From Dehalococcoidia bacterium (lineage in GTDB: Bacteria > Chloroflexota > Dehalococcoidia > Bin125), in contig OZ244861.1 in the NCBI GenBank assembly GCA_965221065.1, forward strand, positions 1,697,566 through 1,761,565: DNA of 64,000 nucleotides, in the 5' to 3' direction. Numbering within the stretch: the stretch's first letter is position 1; each line of letters begins with the position of its first letter. This document shows positions 63,887 to 64,000 of this stretch, in pieces. The notes under the pieces are model-generated. The model saw nothing but the letters and a program-made list of their open reading frames with translations, was not told the origin of the DNA and searched no databases. The position numbers were made by a program, and so were the translations under genes.

Positions 63887-63960
63887 TCCAACCCCTCGCT
63901 AACATCGTGTGAGCACCGACCGCCACCGTGTCGGGCGCTTTGAGCGGTTGGAGAGTCGCG

Positions 63961-64000
63961 TGGGCAAGCTTGACGGCAAAGTAGCAATCATCACCGGAGG
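63961..64000 (+). CDS. Short-chain dehydrogenase/reductase, 5' fragment (runs off the window)
   Basis: GTG GGC AAG CTT GAC GGC AAA GTA GCA ATC ATC ACC GGA GG translates to VGKLDGKVAIITGG, the classical SDR N-terminal dinucleotide-binding start. Confidence 0.5.

Noticed and set aside
1-64000. tRNA, rRNA, tmRNA or other classical RNA genes
   Set aside because: No T-loop-like GGTTCGAATCC-type motifs with acceptor-stem pairing were found by eye, and no rRNA-like conserved stretches. All intergenic gaps are under 420 bp. A covariance-model scan would be needed to exclude small RNAs.

Overview
High-GC bacterial chromosomal window. The Cheo-type SOS box and the gene content suggest a Chloroflexota/Thermomicrobia-like or Actinobacteria-like lineage, but this cannot be fixed from sequence alone. 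I support about 60 protein genes, mostly on the minus strand and tightly packed, several joined by 4-nt ATGA/GTGA overlaps. I saw no rRNA, tRNA or CRISPR array.

Gene content from left to right:
- Two divergent giant FtsX-type permease paralogues.
- A CbbQ/NorQ AAA+ ATPase, a metallophosphoesterase and a CbbO/NorD-like VWA protein in one cluster.
- coaE and a DinB-family gene.
- etfB-etfA with an EtfD-like membrane Fe-S oxidoreductase.
- A LysM protein.
- An acyl-CoA operon: penicillin-acylase-family hydrolase, two crotonases, two paralogous ~80-aa proteins and an acyl-CoA synthetase.
- SDR, cupin, dienelactone hydrolase and CoA-transferase genes.
- A visibly lower-GC type II R-M cassette of about 2.5 kb (C5-methyltransferase, Vsr, GIY-YIG nuclease) bracketed by a short inverted repeat.
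- MBL-fold, VOC and SRPBCC genes, then thyX.
- SLT-like, SCP2-like, zinc-ribbon and Cys-rich small proteins.
- Nudix and LmbE-family genes.
- lexA with an SOS box, and an orphan OppD-like ATPase.
- holA, an AddAB-type helicase-nuclease, a DUF3892-like gene and dnaN.
- A HAD hydrolase, then sirC-hemC-cobA/hemD-hemB.
- lepB-pyrE and a UDG.
- A lipoprotein 5'-nucleotidase, an ArsI/CadI-like VOC protein, an SsuD-like monooxygenase and a PhnB-like VOC protein.

Non-genic structure:
- A six-copy REP-like double-hairpin element family. One copy is expanded into a 41-bp tandem array.
- A perfect 30-bp palindrome between the permease paralogues.
- 10-bp-phased TGTTCG repeats beside the R-M cassette.
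- An in-frame triplicated 3' end of hemB carrying TAG, TAA and TGA.

The best candidates for something not yet described are the orphan CbbQ-phosphoesterase-CbbO cluster, the REP-like element family, the small paralogue pair inside the acyl-CoA operon, and the zinc-ribbon/Cys-rich gene pair. None can be proven novel without database searches.
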